Positions 59,179 to 64,000 of a stretch of DNA of 64,000 nucleotides are shown here, piece by piece; within the stretch, counting starts at the first letter, position 1; every line of letters begins with the position of its first letter. The DNA is from an uncultured Halobacteriales archaeon. Lineage in GTDB: Archaea; Halobacteriota; Halobacteria; Halobacteriales; Halalkalicoccaceae. The notes below the pieces were generated by a model. The model did no database searches. It had not been told where the DNA came from and saw only the letters and a program-made list of their open reading frames with translations. The stretch spans positions 6,410 to 70,409 of the forward strand of contig CAYVQH010000001.1 in assembly GCA_964454105.1 (NCBI GenBank), read 5' to 3'. The position numbers and the translations under genes are program-made.

Positions 59179-60381
59179 TCATTCACGAGGCAATCGGAGC
59201 GTGAGGAGGGTGATCACTCCCACGAGCGCCGCCAGGAGCATGTACCCCTCGTCGAAGTATCCACGCTCGGCGATCGCGCCAAACAGCACCGGACCCATTG
59301 CCCCCATCATCGAGGCGAACGATCGGACCGCCCCTAGCCCAGTCCCCTGGATCTCCTCCGGGATCGTATCAGCCAGATACGACTGCGTGATCGCCCCTGA
59401 GCCGAGCATCGTACTGATCAACACGGTGACCGCGACGAGCGCCCAACGCCCGCGTACCGTCGGCAGGACCGCGAAACCAACGATCGATCCACCGAGTACG
59501 ATCGGGAGCGACCGACGGATGCCGATCCTGTCGTAGGCCACGCCGGCCGCCGGTTTGGCGACGATCCCGACGGCGAAAAACAGGCCGAACAGACCGCTCG
59601 CGACCGTCGATGACAGTCCCTTCTCGCTGATAAGGTAGGTCGGATAGAACGCTGAGAACGTCTGGAGGATGCCGATGTAGAGAAACAGGATGATCCCCAT
59701 GAAGACGAGCGTGGGTTGACGCAGTTCTCCGAGGACGTGTCGCGCACTCTCGATCGAGAGGTCATCGACCGTGCTGTCAGTCGGCGTGTATCGCGGGAGG
59801 GTCACCCAGATGACGACCGTGATCGCGACCAACAGGGGGATCACGAACCCCAGTCCGGCCTGCCAGGCGATCGCCGCGGCGAGCACTCCCCCGATCGGCG
59901 GAAGGACCGTCTGACCGATATCGCCCGTTGCCATCGTCACACCCAACGCCCGCCCGATCCGGTCGGGATAGAGTTCCGAGAGGGCGGTGATCCTGGCGAC
60001 CGGATACAGCGCCAGTCCGAGTCCGACCACCGCGGTCGCGGCGAACAGGAGTATCGTCGTCGGGGCAAGCACTACCGTGATCAGTCCGATCGAAACGATC
60101 GCGACGCCCGCCGTCAGCAGCTTTCGTTCCCCGTAGCGATCGGCGAGGACGCCCCCGGGAACCTGACCGATCGCGTACCCCAGCCAGATGACCGTCACCA
60201 GGAAGCCGGCGGTCGTGAGCGTCAGCCCGAAGTCCTCGCTAAGCGAGGGTAACAACACCGGATAGATCATCCGCGTCCCGTTCAAGAGCCCCCACCCGAT
60301 CGCGATCGCGATCAGCATCTTCCCCTTCCCTCCCGCCCACAACTCGTCCGCTTCCTGTCGGAGGGACTCCAGATAACTCAT
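59179..60381 (-). CDS. MFS transporter
   Basis: About 12 TM, GVLADRYGER and AYDRIGIR motifs. Confidence 0.93.
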   Translation of the reverse strand: MSYLESLRQEADELWAGGKGKMLIAIAIGWGLLNGTRMIYPVLLPSLSEDFGLTLTTAGFLVTVIWLGYAIGQVPGGVLADRYGERKLLTAGVAIVSIGLITVVLAPTTILLFAATAVVGLGLALYPVARITALSELYPDRIGRALGVTMATGDIGQTVLPPIGGVLAAAIAWQAGLGFVIPLLVAITVVIWVTLPRYTPTDSTVDDLSIESARHVLGELRQPTLVFMGIILFLYIGILQTFSAFYPTYLISEKGLSSTVASGLFGLFFAVGIVAKPAAGVAYDRIGIRRSLPIVLGGSIVGFAVLPTVRGRWALVAVTVLISTMLGSGAITQSYLADTIPEEIQGTGLGAVRSFASMMGAMGPVLFGAIAERGYFDEGYMLLAALVGVITLLTLRLPRE

Positions 60382-60684
60382 CAGGGTTCGGTACTAGAGG
60401 GGCAATCGGGCTCGTTGAATAATGCTTCCATACCCCCCACGGATCGCCGTCGACTCCACCCGCTCGCCGCGGGATTCGACCGTCCGTCGAACGCAGTCCG
60501 AGAGCCCCTCCGGGAGGAGTTCGGTGACTTCGACGTCGCATCGACGGTACGCGCGGACGATCCAGCGCGAGGCGTACCCGGTCACGGTGGCGACGACCGC
60601 GAGGACGGCACTGTCGACCAGCAGCCGCGCGCGACGATCGCCGGTCCCGTCGGGAGGGGGACCCTTCGCGAGCGTGACGCCCGG

Positions 60685-61059
60685 CTACCCACGGTGATCG
60701 GCCCGATCGGGCTCGTGGTCGACGGCCGGGTGCCGGTCGATCGGTTCGGACGCGTCGTACTCGGTCGGGCTGTAGCGTTCCGTCACGGTCCAGTACGTCC
60801 CGACGCCACAGGCGAACAGCGACACGCCGACCGGCGGGACGAACCAGCCGACCGGTCCGATGCTGCTCGCCGTCATGGCGAGGATCGCCCCGATCAGCAT
60901 GGCGACGACGCTCCCCCGCTTGAGCGTCGCCATCGGTTGGTTGCGGCAGTTCGGGCAGGCCGCCACGTCGGCCTCGATCACCTCACCGCAGCGCTCGCAG
61001 GGTGCGCTCTCTCGACGCAGCCGCGCGGCCGTCCCGGCGACGGATTCGGATCCCGTCAT
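60685..61059 (-). CDS. Zinc-ribbon membrane protein
   Basis: CERCG...CPNC plus two TMs. Confidence 0.7.
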   Translation of the reverse strand: MTGSESVAGTAARLRRESAPCERCGEVIEADVAACPNCRNQPMATLKRGSVVAMLIGAILAMTASSIGPVGWFVPPVGVSLFACGVGTYWTVTERYSPTEYDASEPIDRHPAVDHEPDRADHRG

Positions 61060-61606
61060 CTGGCGACCGCCCCCCGTCGACCGGCTCCGCGTCGGTTCCG
61101 GAAACGCCGCGAACGTCCCCGGGAAGCCCCACCGTTCGCCCACATGACCCATCCGTGATTCCGACGGAAGAACGTATTTACTAGCATATCTATATATAAT
61201 CCTTCAATTTCTCGTCGCCGTCCGTTCTCGGAGCCGGACCGTCGGTCATCGGATCGTGGTCAGATCGGTGAGGTGGTCCTCGTTCGTCCGGATCCAGCGA
61301 TCGACGTCGGCCGCGTCGAACAGCGCCACCCGCGGCGGCGTCGCTCGGGGATCGTGAACGAGCTCGATCGTCGGATCGACCGTCGTACGCTCCCGCTCGC
61401 TGTGGGTTTTCCGTGGTTGCATCTTCTCGTCCGAGGCTACAGACCCCTCCCATAAATACGTTCCTTCAAAACTATATATATTCCTCAGTAGTGATCACGA
61501 CCGCGGAATCGGGACCGAATCGAGGACAGGGAATGGTTCGATCGGGATCGACGCCGTGCGCCGTCCAAGGGTTGATGTGAGTGTCGGTCCGTACTGTGGA
61601 CGTCCC

Positions 61607-62290
61607 ATGCCATTCGATCCGGCGGACGTGACCACGGTCACCTTCGACTCCTACAGTACGCTCGTCGACGTCGACGCGGCCGAGACCGCCCTCGCGGAAC
61701 GCGTCGACGATCCCGAACCGATCTCGAAGTTCTGGCGGACTCGCTCGCTGGCCTACACGTTCGTCAGCAACCATATCGACGCCTATCAGCCGTTCTACGA
61801 GATGAACAGGGACGCCCTCCAACACGCGCTGGACGCCCACGGGGTCGACCTCCCAGAGGAACGACGCGACGAGATCCTCGCGGTCTACCACGAACTGGAC
61901 GTCTTCGACGACGTCCGCGACGGCATCGAGCGGCTCCGGGACGGCGGCTACGACTGCTACGTCGTCTCGAACGGCGATCCCGACATGCTCGACTCGATGG
62001 TCGACCACGCCGACATCGGCGACCTGCTGGAGGACACCATCAGTGCCGACGAGATCGGGACCTTCAAGCCCGATTCGGCGCTGTACCGACACGCCGCGGC
62101 TCGAACTGGTACTCCCATCGACGAGATCGCCCACGTTACCGCGGGCTGGTTCGACGTCATGGGGGCGCGACACGCCGGAATGCAGGGCGTGTGGGCGAAC
62201 CGCAAGGAGGCCGCCTGGGAGCCCTTCGACGGCAGTCCCGACCTCGTCGTCGAGGACTTCCACGATCTCGCCGAGGAACTCGATCTATAA
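61607..62290 (+). CDS. Haloacid dehalogenase type II (HAD)
   Basis: FDSYSTL, WR, SNG, FKP, WFDVMGA. Confidence 0.92.
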   Translation: MPFDPADVTTVTFDSYSTLVDVDAAETALAERVDDPEPISKFWRTRSLAYTFVSNHIDAYQPFYEMNRDALQHALDAHGVDLPEERRDEILAVYHELDVFDDVRDGIERLRDGGYDCYVVSNGDPDMLDSMVDHADIGDLLEDTISADEIGTFKPDSALYRHAAARTGTPIDEIAHVTAGWFDVMGARHAGMQGVWANRKEAAWEPFDGSPDLVVEDFHDLAEELDL

Positions 62291-62502
62291 CCTCTCTCGG
62301 ATCCTTCGTCCTCCCTCCAACACCGCCCCCGCATCCCGTTCGCTCACGATCCCCGTTCGATGCGTTCGCCGCTCTTGACTTCCAGCCGCCTCCATGAGGA
62401 GTCGCTGTCCGAGTGATCCTCGCCGGACTCGCTACGAGATTTCGATACATTCTTACGTTCTTTCTATCATTTACAATCATGAATAACTTGGACGACGGAG
62501 GG

Positions 62503-62735
62503 ATGGCCATGAGCGATGGGACGCTCACGGAGGAGATCGATATCCGCCGACAGCAACTCTATGTGGCCCGACAACAGACGATCCTTGCGAACCCTCGAAC
62601 GGCTGAGAGAGCGGAGTTGATCGAAGCGATCGAAACCCTGGTGAGGAGGAGTACCGCACGTGGAAGTCGGACTATCCCGACGTATACGAGCGACTTACCG
62701 AACACCTCCCGCCGGAACCGGCGGATCTCGACTAA
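62503..62735 (+). pseudogene. Small acidic gene with an apparent 1-nt frameshift near 62641
   Basis: MAMSDGTLTEE...AIETL continues in a shifted frame as EEEYRTWKSDYPDVYERLTEHLPPEPADLD-stop. Confidence 0.55.
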
Positions 62736-62931
62736 CCGGCGTCCTCGGAGCAGCGCCCCTCCGTCGCGTCCGATCCAAACGCGGAACACCTGACGAGTAC
62801 GAGATCCTGGAGGTCCTAAGCCGATCAGCCACGCTGCTCGTGTCGGTTAGCACTGGACTGCGCGCGACCGTCCTTCATGTCAACTACATATGAAAATCGT
62901 TTAGGTCGTGTGTGGTAAACTACCACACATC

Positions 62932-63126
62932 ATGCACGCGTATCGCGACTCTCCCGACGGCCCTTCCGCGCCCGAATGGGAGGGTTACGACGAGTGGTTG
63001 CGGGATCTCACCGGCTGCTCGGAATGCGGCTCACTCCAGTATCGCGACGACTGGGTGGACAATGGCTGGGAGCGGTATCGCGTCGTGATCTGTGAGAACT
63101 GCGGCGCCGTCGATCCGGACAAGTAA
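62932..63126 (+). CDS. Small zinc-finger microprotein (CxxCG x2)
   Basis: CSECG...CENCG in a 64-aa acidic ORF. Confidence 0.75.
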   Translation: MHAYRDSPDGPSAPEWEGYDEWLRDLTGCSECGSLQYRDDWVDNGWERYRVVICENCGAVDPDK

Positions 63127-63171
63127 CGCCATCCGAGGGTGCTGATCACGGTTCTCGATCGTGACGGACGC

Positions 63172-64000
63172 TCACACCTGGCCGACCAGCGGCATCGCCA
63201 GCCCGATCCCCCAGCCGACGAGACCGATCACGACCAGGAGGTTCCCCTCAACGTCACTGCGGGCTGCTCCCGCTGCAAGGAGCCCGAGAGCGACGAGCAA
63301 CCCCAATCGATGAACCAGCAGTTCGATCGGCAACGCCGTCACCCCGAGCCCGGCGAAGTCCAGGATGAACGCCGTCCCGAGCCCGACGACGGTGAACATG
63401 AACGCTGGCTGTGGCTCCAGCCGGTGTCCCAGCCAGCTCGTGATCCGCTGTATGCGCAACAATCGAGTCGCCGCTTCGAGCGGTTGGGTGAACACCAGGG
63501 TTACGACGGGCAATCCGACCACCAGGATCGGGTAGAGTACGACGACGAACGCCTTCGGCGTGACCCAGGGTATCGTCGCCTCGAGGACGAGGCCGGCACT
63601 TCGGACGCCGAGAAACAGACCTCCCAGTACCGCCGCCAGAATGAACCCGCGGACGTTCCTGTACACCCATCCTAACAGGTGATGCGTCCCCCGCCAAAGG
63701 GCCGTTCGAGTCGATCCATCGATGAGGGCGAGAACGCCCACACCGCCCGCGAGCGGTGCCGAAAGCATGGTCGCGAGTTCTATCACCGATAGCCAGCCGT
63801 CGTTCCCCCCTTCGTCCGTGCCATGATATTCTCGCCGGACCTCCTGTACGTACGGCTGATCGAGGAACGTCGCTTCGAGCGTGTTTCTCGCCTGCTGGCT
63901 GTCGGTCACCGTGTGCCGAAGGCGAAACCAGTCCCAGTACTCCTGATGGATCTGGATCGCGGTCCAGTCGTCGTTCGGCGGTGTGTATGCGCGGATGTGA
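63172..64000 (-). CDS. Membrane protein; 5' end lies outside the window
   Basis: Frame stays open to the window edge (HIRAYTPPNDDWTAIQIHQEYWDWFRLRH...), multiple C-terminal TMs. Confidence 0.8.
   Translation of the reverse strand, partial: HIRAYTPPNDDWTAIQIHQEYWDWFRLRHTVTDSQQARNTLEATFLDQPYVQEVRREYHGTDEGGNDGWLSVIELATMLSAPLAGGVGVLALIDGSTRTALWRGTHHLLGWVYRNVRGFILAAVLGGLFLGVRSAGLVLEATIPWVTPKAFVVVLYPILVVGLPVVTLVFTQPLEAATRLLRIQRITSWLGHRLEPQPAFMFTVVGLGTAFILDFAGLGVTALPIELLVHRLGLLVALGLLAAGAARSDVEGNLLVVIGLVGWGIGLAMPLVGQV

Noticed and set aside
60394-60687. In-frame open continuation after the TAG of the zinc-ribbon gene (possible readthrough/pyrrolysine)
   Set aside because: No pyl genes in the window and open frames are common at this GC content; at most a gene remnant
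1-64000. tRNA, rRNA, IS/transposase, integrase or defence genes
   Set aside because: None recognised by eye on either strand; a tRNAscan/ISEScan/DefenseFinder run would be needed to exclude them formally

Overview
High-GC haloarchaeal DNA (acidic proteins, many leaderless genes), probably from a secondary replicon (megaplasmid or minichromosome). Left part (1-19 kb): accessory metabolic, membrane and regulatory genes, including an RPH/PPDK-like kinase, a Tat-type PPC-domain protein, an LLM oxidoreductase, an M55 peptidase, a J-domain-ferredoxin fusion, an HTH-10 regulator and a GGQ-less aRF1 paralogue. Middle (19-40.6 kb): a large de novo cobalamin cluster (cbiT-L-F-G-H-H, ferredoxins, two cbiX, cbtBA, chlID, cobN-cbiC-cbiE, cobT-cbiA). 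It is followed by an orc1/cdc6 gene flanked by 8 ORB-like repeats and an AT-rich tract (a replication origin). Right part: a K+ channel, a 7-gene locus (MGS-like and DGS-like GT4 enzymes, two AlkP/sulfatase-fold proteins, a flippase-like protein, DedA, an arylsulfotransferase) that I propose as a sulfated diglycosyl-archaeol pathway, and a parA-partner pair. The 13-bp tandem array upstream of parA has a similar array about 53 kb away. No tRNA, rRNA, CRISPR array or intact IS element was seen. All family assignments come from motif recognition by eye, not database searches.
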